A DNA stretch of 64,000 nucleotides. Source: Candidatus Woesearchaeota archaeon (GTDB lineage Archaea; Nanobdellota; Nanobdellia; Woesearchaeales; UBA583). Below the pieces are notes generated by a model that saw only the letters and a list, made by a program, of their open reading frames with translations, searched no databases and was not told the DNA's origin. A program made the position numbers and the translations under genes. Where the stretch lies: the NCBI GenBank assembly GCA_965205335.1, contig OZ242164.1, positions 224,001 through 288,000 on the forward strand. Reading direction: 5' to 3'. Shown here in pieces: positions 38,490-49,596 of this stretch (position 1 is the stretch's first letter; every line of letters begins with the position of its first letter).

Positions 38490-41400
38490 TTATGACAAAC
38501 CATCAACACTACTTAAATTAATACTCAAAGGATTAGGATTATCTACATACCTAACTTCATATTTCTTCACTGCATCCTTATTATCATAACTACACCTAAT
38601 ACTTAAATCATGTTCACTCTCAAAAACAATATTATTTTGCGATGTAATCAAATATCTCTGCGTGGAACTTAAATCCTCCCATCCCAAAAAGAAGATTCTT
38701 CTGAAAAATGAAATAATAATATCAATAAAACTTTTACTATCATCAAGCTTATATTCACAACTAACATTCTTCCTATTTAGGCTAAGTTCTAAAAGTGCAC
38801 TACTATCTGCAACATAATTTATACCATCTTCCTGTAGAATTTGTTCTCCACTACCTCCAATTAACTTTGCCCAATTAATAACCAAAGGTTCATCCTTTGC
38901 AACCACAAAAGAATACTCTTTCAAAGGTCCATCAATGCCAAAAGCATTATTACACAAGAGTTTCATCGTATAATCCCCATCACTAAAAGAACTGAAATTA
39001 AAACTCTGCATAAACTTAAAATTAATAGCAAAATCCTGTAGGTTCAAAGACTCATTAAATTTAGTACTTGGAGCAGAACCATCAAATGAATACATACATC
39101 TAATTGGTCTAAAAGGACCAACACTTGTTATTGTTATATCACTTAAATAAGGATACTCATTAATCCTGAATCCATTTGAGGACTCTAAAACATAATCAGG
39201 AATAGAGAACTTATCAACCCACCTCAAATCTATCGTCTGATTAACCCATATCCCCTCATTTTGACAACTTAGTTTAACTTTAACAGACCTACCATTTTCA
39301 TCTTCTAATACATTATCAAAACTAAAACTTGGAACTGATGATAAATCAATGGAATACCTATCTGCCTCATTTGAATCTTTAACTGCATCAAAATATTTAG
39401 TATCATTTCTTACCAATCTTCCCCATTTTTGATCAATTAAAGGATAAACTCTACATTTTAAATCCTCCGTTGAAATCCTAAAAGATATAATTGGGGCACT
39501 CAGATTTGTAATCAAATGAAGAGGACTTAAAACATATGACTGACCTGGTGTACTCACCATATCATAATTTATCATAGGATTTGTAGTAACAGTTATACTA
39601 TCAGAACCGACATTCCCTACATAATCATATAAATCAACTCTAAAAGTATATGTCTGATTAAACTCTCCTGCTTTAAACACTAAATCACGATTGGAATAAT
39701 TCATATCTCCCAAATAAAAACCCCCTGAATATCTACTACTTACGATAAGAAGTGAATCATTAATAAACACAAAACCTTCTTTATTTTCTTCATAAATCAA
39801 AGCATTATCCAAATACAACTTAATAACCTTTAACTTACCTGAAGGAGGAGAATCACTACCATTTAAGTTTATTCTAAATTTAGACGTAAACACTTCTCCT
39901 CCTTCTCCATCTGGAATACTTATGCTAACATTAGGATTAATAGTATCAATTCTTAACTCATTACGTATTCCATCAGAAGGACTTACTGCATTATAACGAT
40001 AACCATCAAAACGGATATCATAAATTCCATCAGAATAACCACTAACATCCAAATCTTTTCCATATGTATAAACTCCACCCTCAAGACCTTGTTGAGGTAA
40101 ATTATCAACCAAAATCTCATCATCTGAATTAGCAACATCTACTATATCTTCCTCAGTAACCACTTTCACATTAGAAAAAGGAAACACAGAATAAGCTGAC
40201 AAATGAGCAATACCACTTGAATAGTTAACATTAGAATCTATAAATCCACCTGAATAATAACCAACAGAAAAAGCATAACTTTGTTGTGAACTTTCTAAAC
40301 CAGCAGAATCTTCACAATGAGCAGTAATTATGAAATTAGTCATAACATCCTCATCTAGACTTGCACTCAACAAACTGTCAAAGTTCTCCTTTCTTGCACA
40401 TATGCCATCCTCTGCTGAATTTTCTGCCCTTCCTATCAATAAAACCAAAGGACTAGAATTCAAATTAGGTGAATATAATATAACATTAGTTGATTCACCA
40501 CAAGTATAATAATTACTGCCATCACTATCTGGGGCTATTTTCAAAGTACAGTTATAGGCTTCCTCATTTTCAGAATTACTTAAATTAAACCTGACACTAT
40601 CATTAAGATCACCAAAAGGAAAATTATCTATTTCATGTTCAAATGCCTTAATAGGACCACCAACCAACTCTATTCCATTTAGATCCGGTGGAACATTATC
40701 ATAAACAATTACATAAGATTTAGAAAAACTAACATTATAAATATCAACACACTCCAAACTTAAATTAAAATGTCCATCTGTAGATAAATTTATACCTGAA
40801 TGAAAATCCTTCACTCCAAACTTCATAGATGAATCAACTGAACTAAAATTCTTTGTATCATAAATAATCGGATCAGTCTCCCTTATTTGTCTAAGACTTA
40901 CATCACAACTAAAATTCCTATATGATAGATAATTCAACGTAACACTTATATTAGGCTGTTCTTTTACAGTATAAACCTTATTAGAGTCGCTAATTAAACT
41001 TTTTCCTACTTCCCCTCCTATCTCTAAATTAGGTGTTGAATTATCCTGATAAATCTTAAACCCTCCAGAACCAACATTTCCTGCCTTATCTCTGAACTCA
41101 ACAGTATAATTAAAAAGATTCAAACCATTATCTTCTCCAGATAATGGCAATGGAGTATACTCACTTGGAACATACGAAAAATAAATCCACCCTATAGTAG
41201 AATTATCTGAAAAATTAATAGATTCATTATATCCAATAATGGAGTGAGCAAGTTGCAAACTTTCATTTCCGAATGTAACATTTAGAGATTTATCTATCCA
41301 CGTCACAGTTCCATTCAAACTTAAATTAATATTAAACCCATGATTCTTCCTTAATCTTGTATAAAACCTTCCATCCTCTTGGGAATAATAAACAAATTTC

Positions 41401-44400
41401 TCAGAACCAGTACTCACATCAACTAATTCAAAATCAACTAACTCAGGAGGAACGGTATCATAATAATAAGTTAAATTCTGTATTATCTCATTATCATTTT
41501 GATCAATACATTTAACATAACCTTCATGTCTGCCATCATTATTAAAACCCATCTTTCCTGTTATATTCTTATGAAAATCACCTCTCAGTCCGGAAGGAGT
41601 GAAACTATTCTCAATGTGACTAACATTAAGTCTTTGTGTCGCATTAGTACTTAAATTATCAAATTCAAGAGAACAATTGAATCCCTCAGGAGAGATGTCA
41701 CTCGATACACCATGAAAGAATTTTGTCTCATTTAGATATCCAAATTTCTCACTAATAGTCTTAAAATCTAAAGGCTCAATTAAAACAAAATTTGTATGAA
41801 AATCAGCTATAATTGTATAAGATACTTCACCTTTCTGACCAAAGATATCAATGCACGAAATAGTTATATCATATACCTCACTCCCCTCAGGAGTTGAATT
41901 TATAATAGTGTCATTAAAATAAAATTGATTATCAGAATCTGGAATAGTATATCCACTTGAATTTGGAACATAATTATTATTTAACTCACTCTTATCAGAT
42001 TTACTTATAGAATAAGAACAATTCTCAACACCATTATCACCAGTCACATTAAACTTAAAATCATTTGAAGAACTTGTCATTAAAATTGTATCATGCTTCG
42101 TTAGACTTGGCTCCACTAACGTTATATTAGGTCCATACAAATCCATATTCAGTCCAGAAAAATCCCAAGACTTGCCTATGTTCCCACTCTGATCTAAAAT
42201 TCTTATAGAAATGTTATACATTGCATTAGGTACTTGCCCAAAAATTTCACTAACTGGCAGTAAAGCACTATTGCTCCCTCTTTGATTTAATTTTAGATTA
42301 TGAGTAAACTGATCGCTATAAGTAATGCTACTAATATTAACATCCAAATAAATTTGATTATGAGAAGAAACATTCAGGTAAGGTTCACACGAAGGAGGAA
42401 TAAAATCACTATATTCCAAATAAATCTTTACATCTCCAACCATATTACCATAATCTCCTTTTGTTATTGTTACATCCTCTCCTGATAAATTCTTTGCAGT
42501 GAAATAAACATATGAATTAGGAGGAATAGTATCACATGAAAATGCAAAATCTGATAGATTATCATCATTGCTCTGCCAATTATAATCTGCTTCCCAATCA
42601 CTTAATGATGCTCCTCTATAACTTGAAGGTTTAGCTTTTATAACATCAGGGATATCATCATTATTTGAATCCTTGAAACAACCATAATCATTATGCCATT
42701 TACACAACTTTGAAGTCATATTATGATAAACACTATAATGAGAATTAACATAATTATTAGGATCCTCGCAAGAAGTCTCATTTAAATACATTTCACAAAA
42801 AAGCTCTGAATTAGAGACAGACTGTGACTGCCAAGGACGATCTCCTCTCATATGAACATTATCATACTTTCCAAAATATTCAGAAAGAGAAGAATTATAA
42901 GGCTCACTTGGATTTGAAACCATATAAGTACAATCACCAAGAAGATCAGACTTACTTTTTGTGCACAGATTTAAATTGTTAGCCGAATAACAAAGATGAC
43001 AAAAAGAAGCCTCTTTGGGATATATTTGAACTGGCTTAAAAACTTCAGAATAAGAATTAGGATTACCTGAACTACTATGTAAAACCTCAAAAGACACAGA
43101 ATCAATTTCAATATCTCCTCCACTTTCTAACTTAAACTCAATCCTTGATATATTCCTACCAACAGGAACATCACCAAAATCTATTTTTTGAAAAAAAGCA
43201 TAAGAAGCTAACTCCTTCTTATCACGTTTAGATTCAACCTCCTTTCCAGTATTATCAAATTGAGTCACATTAAGGGTCAAATTAAAAGGACCGCTCTCTG
43301 TGCGAGCATATAAATAAGGATCATAAGTTTTACCATTTCCAGGGAAATAAAACGTATGAGAAAGAGAATTTTCTTCTGATAAATAATACACATAAGAACC
43401 ATGATAAGCATCTGAAATCTCTTTAAGACTATTTCCATTATTATATTCCCAACCAAAAGGATCACCACTATTCATATCATACTCAAAACTTGGATTTTTT
43501 ATTAAATTCAACCTATCTGGATAATACTTTTTATTCATACGAATTATTAATTCTGGATTCAATTTTTCCTTCACAACACAAATTCCAGAAATATCACTAA
43601 AATAACCTTCAGAAAAATTACTTGACTCAACCCATTCACAATTAAGTTTTATATCCCTCCTATGTTCCCCGTATCCTCTATCATTATTACAATTCTCTTT
43701 TGTTTTATAATCATCACATGAATCTATCAATAATTTTGGAATGCAGGAATTCTCAGCAGGAGCAAGACCTAAATCTCTCATATTATCTGGAGAACCATAA
43801 TTATCTTTAAAAAACCCCCCTAAATAAGGATTATAAATACAAAACTGCTTTCCAGTCTCACAACTTGAATTTGTCGCAAAAATACTAATAATAAAATTTT
43901 CCGAAGGAGTACATAACTCCTTAAGTATATCAATTTGTGCCGAACTTGGTTCATTTCCTGACTGATTTAGATCAGGATCATCATTACTATCAAAAGTATT
44001 TCTTGTATTAATACCTCCTTGATCCACTCCACCACCAATACTACTACCTTCTGTCGATTGGGAATCATCACAACTCGAATTATAATTTGGTAATGTTACA
44101 CAATACTCACTTAAATTTACATCTTCAGGAAAAAATCTATTACCAATTACAAATATATACTTTCCACCATCAACCGTTTTGGAGCATTTTTCAGTTCCAC
44201 CACTATCAACATACTCGCAAACACGTCTATTATCATCCCTATTATACTCATAACAAAGATCACTAGTGGTTTGATCATCATATGGACCAACTTCTTCACC
44301 TCCTTCACTACAGGGAACTATCATACTTTTCTCATTATAACAGCACTGATCATGATTTGAAGAATAAACAAAACTTAATGAGAATAACATAACTAAAAAC

Positions 44401-44438
44401 ATCAAAAATATGAAACGTCTAAAAAAACCCAATATCAT
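38490..44438 (-). CDS. giant secreted/surface protein (1982 aa) with Cys-rich N-terminal modules and Ig-like beta-sandwich repeats
   Basis: Signal peptide; Cys clusters; NLIKNPSFE (CBM-like start); recurring C.D..GN and D..PP motifs; many NxS/T sequons. Confidence 0.75.
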   Translation of the reverse strand: MILGFFRRFIFLMFLVMLFSLSFVYSSNHDQCCYNEKSMIVPCSEGGEEVGPYDDQTTSDLCYEYNRDDNRRVCEYVDSGGTEKCSKTVDGGKYIFVIGNRFFPEDVNLSEYCVTLPNYNSSCDDSQSTEGSSIGGGVDQGGINTRNTFDSNDDPDLNQSGNEPSSAQIDILKELCTPSENFIISIFATNSSCETGKQFCIYNPYLGGFFKDNYGSPDNMRDLGLAPAENSCIPKLLIDSCDDYKTKENCNNDRGYGEHRRDIKLNCEWVESSNFSEGYFSDISGICVVKEKLNPELIIRMNKKYYPDRLNLIKNPSFEYDMNSGDPFGWEYNNGNSLKEISDAYHGSYVYYLSEENSLSHTFYFPGNGKTYDPYLYARTESGPFNLTLNVTQFDNTGKEVESKRDKKELASYAFFQKIDFGDVPVGRNISRIEFKLESGGDIEIDSVSFEVLHSSSGNPNSYSEVFKPVQIYPKEASFCHLCYSANNLNLCTKSKSDLLGDCTYMVSNPSEPYNSSLSEYFGKYDNVHMRGDRPWQSQSVSNSELFCEMYLNETSCEDPNNYVNSHYSVYHNMTSKLCKWHNDYGCFKDSNNDDIPDVIKAKPSSYRGASLSDWEADYNWQSNDDNLSDFAFSCDTIPPNSYVYFTAKNLSGEDVTITKGDYGNMVGDVKIYLEYSDFIPPSCEPYLNVSSHNQIYLDVNISSITYSDQFTHNLKLNQRGSNSALLPVSEIFGQVPNAMYNISIRILDQSGNIGKSWDFSGLNMDLYGPNITLVEPSLTKHDTILMTSSSNDFKFNVTGDNGVENCSYSISKSDKSELNNNYVPNSSGYTIPDSDNQFYFNDTIINSTPEGSEVYDITISCIDIFGQKGEVSYTIIADFHTNFVLIEPLDFKTISEKFGYLNETKFFHGVSSDISPEGFNCSLEFDNLSTNATQRLNVSHIENSFTPSGLRGDFHKNITGKMGFNNDGRHEGYVKCIDQNDNEIIQNLTYYYDTVPPELVDFELVDVSTGSEKFVYYSQEDGRFYTRLRKNHGFNINLSLNGTVTWIDKSLNVTFGNESLQLAHSIIGYNESINFSDNSTIGWIYFSYVPSEYTPLPLSGEDNGLNLFNYTVEFRDKAGNVGSGGFKIYQDNSTPNLEIGGEVGKSLISDSNKVYTVKEQPNISVTLNYLSYRNFSCDVSLRQIRETDPIIYDTKNFSSVDSSMKFGVKDFHSGINLSTDGHFNLSLECVDIYNVSFSKSYVIVYDNVPPDLNGIELVGGPIKAFEHEIDNFPFGDLNDSVRFNLSNSENEEAYNCTLKIAPDSDGSNYYTCGESTNVILYSPNLNSSPLVLLIGRAENSAEDGICARKENFDSLLSASLDEDVMTNFIITAHCEDSAGLESSQQSYAFSVGYYSGGFIDSNVNYSSGIAHLSAYSVFPFSNVKVVTEEDIVDVANSDDEILVDNLPQQGLEGGVYTYGKDLDVSGYSDGIYDIRFDGYRYNAVSPSDGIRNELRIDTINPNVSISIPDGEGGEVFTSKFRINLNGSDSPPSGKLKVIKLYLDNALIYEENKEGFVFINDSLLIVSSRYSGGFYLGDMNYSNRDLVFKAGEFNQTYTFRVDLYDYVGNVGSDSITVTTNPMINYDMVSTPGQSYVLSPLHLITNLSAPIISFRISTEDLKCRVYPLIDQKWGRLVRNDTKYFDAVKDSNEADRYSIDLSSVPSFSFDNVLEDENGRSVKVKLSCQNEGIWVNQTIDLRWVDKFSIPDYVLESSNGFRINEYPYLSDITITSVGPFRPIRCMYSFDGSAPSTKFNESLNLQDFAINFKFMQSFNFSSFSDGDYTMKLLCNNAFGIDGPLKEYSFVVAKDEPLVINWAKLIGGSGEQILQEDGINYVADSSALLELSLNRKNVSCEYKLDDSKSFIDIIISFFRRIFFLGWEDLSSTQRYLITSQNNIVFESEHDLSIRCSYDNKDAVKKYEVRYVDNPNPLSINLSSVDGLS

Positions 44439-44503
44439 AAATTAAAAGTTCATAAAATTAATATTTAAATATTACATAAAACTAAAAAGTAAGAACACAA
44501 AAA

Positions 44504-44677
44504 CTATACAACTTCTTCAGAACCGGATTCACCTAAACTCTTAGAATCAGCAGAACCCATTATTTTATGATATATCTCCTGAATATGCCTAGCCTTAGGG
44601 CTACTTAATTTTGAGTGCAATTGCTTTAACCTCTTCTTTCTCTCAAGATAATCTCTTTCGTAATCAGCATCTCCCAT
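44504..44677 (-). CDS. small hypothetical protein (57 aa)
   Basis: MGDADYERDYLERKKRLKQLHSKL...; minus-strand codon bias; TATA tttatatt upstream. Confidence 0.55.
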   Translation of the reverse strand: MGDADYERDYLERKKRLKQLHSKLSSPKARHIQEIYHKIMGSADSKSLGESGSEEVV

Positions 44678-44917
44678 TTTTAAATTAAATCTCGTTTTTT
44701 AATATAAATTAGTAATTATTCAAACCAAAGTAACACTCTGTACTTACTTAGAGTAATAATTCATTATTTATAAAGGTTACGTTACTTCTCTTAGAAACAA
44801 AACAAATGAAAAAACGACTGAAAACCCAATTAAACATTACTCTTCCACAAAAAATCCATAAAAAGAACACACATAAAACTACAAATCAGAATATTAAAAA
44901 TCTTAGAACTTGTTAAA

Positions 44918-44990
44918 TGGGATCTCTGGGACTTGAACCCAGGACACCTAGATCTTCAGTCTAGTGCTCTACCAGCTGAGCTAAGACCCC
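44918..44990 (-). tRNA. tRNA-Phe(GAA)
   Basis: Acceptor GGGGTCT/AGATCCC, anticodon arm CTAGA-CTGAAGA-TCTAG. Confidence 0.97.
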
Positions 44991-45135
44991 AAGTAATACC
45001 AAAAGTAAAACTGCTCATTTTATAAATGTTTTTCTTTACAGTCTCTAATTTAAAGTTATTCAATACAAAAGTTGAATAATCAAAACTCACAAATTAAAAA
45101 CTTAGAAATCCCAATCACTAAAACATATACACATC

Positions 45136-46935
45136 TCAAACCACCCTCTTGAACTTTCTCTCTAAATCCTTGTAACTATACCTTAAAAAAGTTGGTCTTC
45201 CATGAGGACAATTAAACGGTTGCTTTAAAGTCCTTAAATTCTCAATCATTCTTCTCATCTGAGGCATTGTCAATTCATCCCCTGCCATAATAGACATCCT
45301 ACATGACATTGAAGCAATCTTTGAGTATTTCTCTTCCTCAACACACTTAATCTTCTTATTAACCAAAACATTATACAAAACATCTCTTAGATTCTGAGCA
45401 TGAACTATTTCCTGCCTTACATTTATTGGAACTTCCCTAACCAAAATCTCATTCTCTCCAAACCTCTCGGTTCTAAACCCAATTTTCTCCATAACATCCC
45501 TATTCTCCTCATACAAAAGCATATCCGAATTTGTCAAATGAACTATCTCTGATTTTAAAAGAACCTGAGTCTTTGCACTTCCCTTCTCAATCTGCTTCTT
45601 AAACCTCTCAAAATAATACTTCTCCTCACACACATGCTGATCCACTAAAAGAAGTTCCTTTGGCGTCTCAATTACAATATAAGTCTTATTTAACTGCCCT
45701 AAAATCTTATACTCCTTTAACTCATCATACAAAACACCCTTTTCCTCAACTTGAACATCCACATCCGTATAAGACACCTTATCAGATTTCTCAACCATCA
45801 CCTCATCCTCACTAAGAACAAAACTTGTTTGTTTCTCACCAGAATAATACTTAGAACGTTCTTTCCCTTCCTCTCTTTCTAATCCCTTTGATGTTACAAC
45901 CTCAACATCATAAGCCTCCAAATCCCTATCAGACTCAAACTCCTTAAACATTTCTTTCGTCTCAAACTGCTTCTCAACTGCCCTTCTAACCATTTCATAA
46001 ATCTCTTCCTCATTCTCAAACTTAACCTCAATCTTAGTAGGATGAATATTCACATCAATTATCTCTGGGTCAATATCAATAAAAAGCACAAAAAAAGGAT
46101 GCCTTTTAACCATAAGATTTGAGCCAAACCCATCATAAACAGCATCCCTTATCAACTTAGACTTAACAAATCTCCCATTCACATAAACATACTGATTCTT
46201 CCTAAAAGAATAAGTCAGACTTGATGGTTTCCCTATAAACCCACAAACTCTAATTCCTTCTATCCTCTCATCCAACTCCAACAAATTCCCATTAAGCTCA
46301 CGCCCTAAAACATAAAACAAATTCTCTTCTTTTCCCTTAAAACTTGGTTTATTCACAAGAATCTTTCCATTATGCTTCAATGTAATCTTAACATCATTAT
46401 AAAACACCTCAAATCTGTTCACAACATCAACTATTGCTTTTAACTCCAATGCCTTTGACTTAAGATACTTCCTTCTTGCAGGAGTATTATAAAACAAATC
46501 ATCTACAATCACTGTTGTTGACTTGCTGCAAGAAGCCTCTTTCACCTCATCTACATTCTCACATGATATCTCATAAGCAACATCCTGCTTTTGGGGTTTT
46601 GAAATTATCCTTGCTTTCGCAACCGAAAAAATTGAAGCCAAAGCCTCTCCGCGAAAACCCATCGTACTAATACTATACAAATCATCAAAAGACTGAATCT
46701 TAGAAGTTGCATGCCTTAAAGGAGCTTTTAACAAATCATCCTTTGAAATTCCTCTCCCATTATCAATTACCTGAATTCTCTTCAAACCAGACTCTTCAAT
46801 CAAAATCTCTATCTCATCAGCACCTGAATCTATTGAATTCTCAACTAACTCCTTAACAACAGCCCCAGGATTCTCTATAACCTCTCCTGCTGCAATCTGA
46901 GATACAATATCATCACGAAGAAGTTTAATAACCAT
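45136..46935 (-). CDS. mutL: DNA mismatch repair endonuclease MutL
   Basis: QIAAGEVIE, KELVENSID, GFRGEALASI, DVNIHPTK, DQH..EE, CPHGRP. Confidence 0.97.
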   Translation of the reverse strand: MVIKLLRDDIVSQIAAGEVIENPGAVVKELVENSIDSGADEIEILIEESGLKRIQVIDNGRGISKDDLLKAPLRHATSKIQSFDDLYSISTMGFRGEALASIFSVAKARIISKPQKQDVAYEISCENVDEVKEASCSKSTTVIVDDLFYNTPARRKYLKSKALELKAIVDVVNRFEVFYNDVKITLKHNGKILVNKPSFKGKEENLFYVLGRELNGNLLELDERIEGIRVCGFIGKPSSLTYSFRKNQYVYVNGRFVKSKLIRDAVYDGFGSNLMVKRHPFFVLFIDIDPEIIDVNIHPTKIEVKFENEEEIYEMVRRAVEKQFETKEMFKEFESDRDLEAYDVEVVTSKGLEREEGKERSKYYSGEKQTSFVLSEDEVMVEKSDKVSYTDVDVQVEEKGVLYDELKEYKILGQLNKTYIVIETPKELLLVDQHVCEEKYYFERFKKQIEKGSAKTQVLLKSEIVHLTNSDMLLYEENRDVMEKIGFRTERFGENEILVREVPINVRQEIVHAQNLRDVLYNVLVNKKIKCVEEEKYSKIASMSCRMSIMAGDELTMPQMRRMIENLRTLKQPFNCPHGRPTFLRYSYKDLERKFKRVV

Positions 46936-46969
46936 AAAAAGAAAAAAACAAAAAACTATATAAAATTAA

Positions 46970-47860
46970 TTATTTATAAAAAAACCTTCTTACAAGTCTA
47001 TATACTCCATAAACAACACCAAAAGGAATAACAAACCCTACAATTACAACCACAACCAATATACTATACTTAAGCGATGACAAGAAAAGCCCTGCTAAAT
47101 CCTTAAAACTGAAAAAATCAACCTCATCTACAATAGATGGTTCTTTCGTCTTTTCTCTCATATACAAACTCACAGAAGAATAATCAACATCCTCCTGCAA
47201 TGAACCAATTCTGCCCCTCAGACGAAAAACCTTATCCTCTAATTCATCGATTCTTGACTGGAGTTTAATCTCTTCCTCAATTGAAACATCCTCTCTTAAC
47301 AACATCGCATTATACCTATCCATTTGTGAAGTATACCTCTTCAGCCTATTTGTATAATCAACATACACTCCCGTCACATCATCCGAACTTATATCCAAAC
47401 TTATAACCTCACCATAACCTTCAATCTCATTAACAAAAATATCTAATTTATCAGAATCTACCTTAATACTATATCTAACATACCTCTTATCATCATAATC
47501 CCTTGACTCCCTCTCATACAAAACAATAGCCCCATGAGCTCTAACAGAATTACCCACACCAAGCTTTGAAGCATTATAGTCATTAGTTTCAATCTCTAAA
47601 TTGGCATTCTTTCTTACCTTTCTTTCATCAACCTCTAAGGCGTCACTTCTTACACTCTCACGATAATAAGGCGAACCATCATAATAAGCCTCTGCATATC
47701 CATAATCTGCTGATGACAAACTCTTACTACTCAAATAATCCAAAGAACCACTATCAATCATTACACCCACAAAACCTACAAGACTTAATAGTACCAATAC
47801 AATTAAAAATATAATAATATAATTCTTCTTTATATTTTTCACCAAACCCATAAAATCCAA
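46970..47860 (-). CDS. DUF4349-like membrane protein
   Basis: N- and C-terminal TMs, RKVRKNA.LEIE, SSDDVTG.YVD, coiled coil, VDYSSVSL. Confidence 0.75.
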   Translation of the reverse strand: MDFMGLVKNIKKNYIIIFLIVLVLLSLVGFVGVMIDSGSLDYLSSKSLSSADYGYAEAYYDGSPYYRESVRSDALEVDERKVRKNANLEIETNDYNASKLGVGNSVRAHGAIVLYERESRDYDDKRYVRYSIKVDSDKLDIFVNEIEGYGEVISLDISSDDVTGVYVDYTNRLKRYTSQMDRYNAMLLREDVSIEEEIKLQSRIDELEDKVFRLRGRIGSLQEDVDYSSVSLYMREKTKEPSIVDEVDFFSFKDLAGLFLSSLKYSILVVVVIVGFVIPFGVVYGVYRLVRRFFYK

Positions 47861-47937
47861 AGAGATTACCTACTTATAAAAATTTGCATTCCCATCAAAC
47901 AACAAACTCACGTTATTATAAAATTATTTATTACTTC

Positions 47938-48579
47938 CTACTTCCATACACTCATAGGTTGGATTTCTCTCCTACATTTCTCAGCCCTAAGAGAAGGTTT
48001 AGCCCCACAGCCAGAAATTATGAATTCAAGTGTCTCCTTCAATCTTCCCAAAACTTTCTTTATTGGTTCTTCTCCATCTGAAATGTGAAACTGATTAGGC
48101 CAGAGGAAAATATAGCCTCTCTCTTCCCTAAAACTATCTAACTTTTCCTCTGTATCATCAACTAAAATACTATTCTCACCTGCAAGCATATATTTCCCTG
48201 AAGTAAATATAGGAGGAAGTGAAAGTCCACCAAAATACTTATATACTAACCTTACTCTCTCAGCATACGCATTTGAAATCTCATTGGGATCTTCGCTATG
48301 AATACCAACAGAAGTAAGAATTCCAACTCTCCCATACTCACTGCAAGTACTTACTAAACGATCTGCCCAAGGAAAAACTTTCAAATTATCCCAAAACTCC
48401 CTAGGATTTAAAGATACTCTGTTCCAACAACCCGAAAGAACATCTCTATATTTCTCTCCATCTTTTAGTCTTCGGATATAACCATCATGTTCTCCCCCAG
48501 GATACAATCTAAGCAAACCTCCAGCCAAATCAACCAGAACCCCATTCAAGTCAAGAAATATCTTTAGCCCATCCTCCAC
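47938..48579 (-). CDS. HAD 5'(3')-deoxyribonucleotidase-like protein
   Basis: IFLDLNGVLVD, FWDNL, ILTS, K..LAG..SILVDD. Confidence 0.7.
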   Translation of the reverse strand: MEDGLKIFLDLNGVLVDLAGGLLRLYPGGEHDGYIRRLKDGEKYRDVLSGCWNRVSLNPREFWDNLKVFPWADRLVSTCSEYGRVGILTSVGIHSEDPNEISNAYAERVRLVYKYFGGLSLPPIFTSGKYMLAGENSILVDDTEEKLDSFREERGYIFLWPNQFHISDGEEPIKKVLGRLKETLEFIISGCGAKPSLRAEKCRREIQPMSVWK

Positions 48580-48609
48580 TATAAAGTAATATTTTCATAA
48601 TATATAAAA

Positions 48610-49524
48610 TTAACGAAACTCCTTGCTTATATACTCAAACGCTGAATACGCCGCAACACTACCTTCCGCTGCACCTATTATTCCCTGCTTCCATTCTGAA
48701 TCTGTTACATCGCCTGCAGCATAAACCCCCTTAACATTTGTTCTTGAAAGCCTGTCAATCACAACCTCTCCCTTTTCATTTAATTCAACTCCCAAACTCT
48801 TTGCAAACTCATTTTGCGGAAGCATTCCAACTGCAATAAACAACCCTTCAAGTTCAAACTTATCTCCATTATCCAACTCAACTCCCTTTAACTTTTCACT
48901 CTCTCCGAAAATTTCTTTCACCACAACTCCCTGTATTATCTCAACATTCTCAATCTTTCTTATCCTGTCTGCATTAATTGGCTCTGCTTTCAAATACGTT
49001 CTAATAAACATATAAACCTTAGACGAATTCTGTGACAAAACCATCGCCTCCTTTGCAGCAGAATCTGAGCCACCAACTATCCCAACTACCTTATTCTTAT
49101 AAAACGGACCATCACAAGTAGCGCAATACGAAACCCCATTATTCATATACTCCTTTTCACCTGGAGCATTCAGATGCTTGTGCTTTGTTCCTGTTGCAAG
49201 TATTACTGTCTTTGACTTCAACTCCAACTCTTGAATATCTGTTTTTATCTCAAAATAATCTCTCTTCCTCTCAACCGAAACCACAATATCATTTAAAATC
49301 GGAACATTATTTGCCTCAACATGTCTCTCCAACTTATCCGCAAGTTCCTGTCCTGTCAGAGAAACAAACCCAGGATAATTCTCAACAAGATGCGTTGTTG
49401 TAATAAGTCCTCCCTTCTCCTTTGCAATAACTAAAGTCTTCAAATTAAACCTTGAGGCATAAACTGCTGCAGGATACCCCGCACATCCTCCACCAATAAT
49501 AATTAAATCATATTCAGTATCCAT
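48610..49524 (-). CDS. trxB: thioredoxin reductase
   Basis: GGGCAG, VENYPG, GVSYCATCDG, GGSDSA, AAGD. Confidence 0.95.
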   Translation of the reverse strand: MDTEYDLIIIGGGCAGYPAAVYASRFNLKTLVIAKEKGGLITTTHLVENYPGFVSLTGQELADKLERHVEANNVPILNDIVVSVERKRDYFEIKTDIQELELKSKTVILATGTKHKHLNAPGEKEYMNNGVSYCATCDGPFYKNKVVGIVGGSDSAAKEAMVLSQNSSKVYMFIRTYLKAEPINADRIRKIENVEIIQGVVVKEIFGESEKLKGVELDNGDKFELEGLFIAVGMLPQNEFAKSLGVELNEKGEVVIDRLSRTNVKGVYAAGDVTDSEWKQGIIGAAEGSVAAYSAFEYISKEFR

Positions 49525-49596
49525 ACAATTCTAAAAACAACAACTCTTTATTAAAATTTCGTTACACAACACATTAATAAAAAAATAAAAAATACA

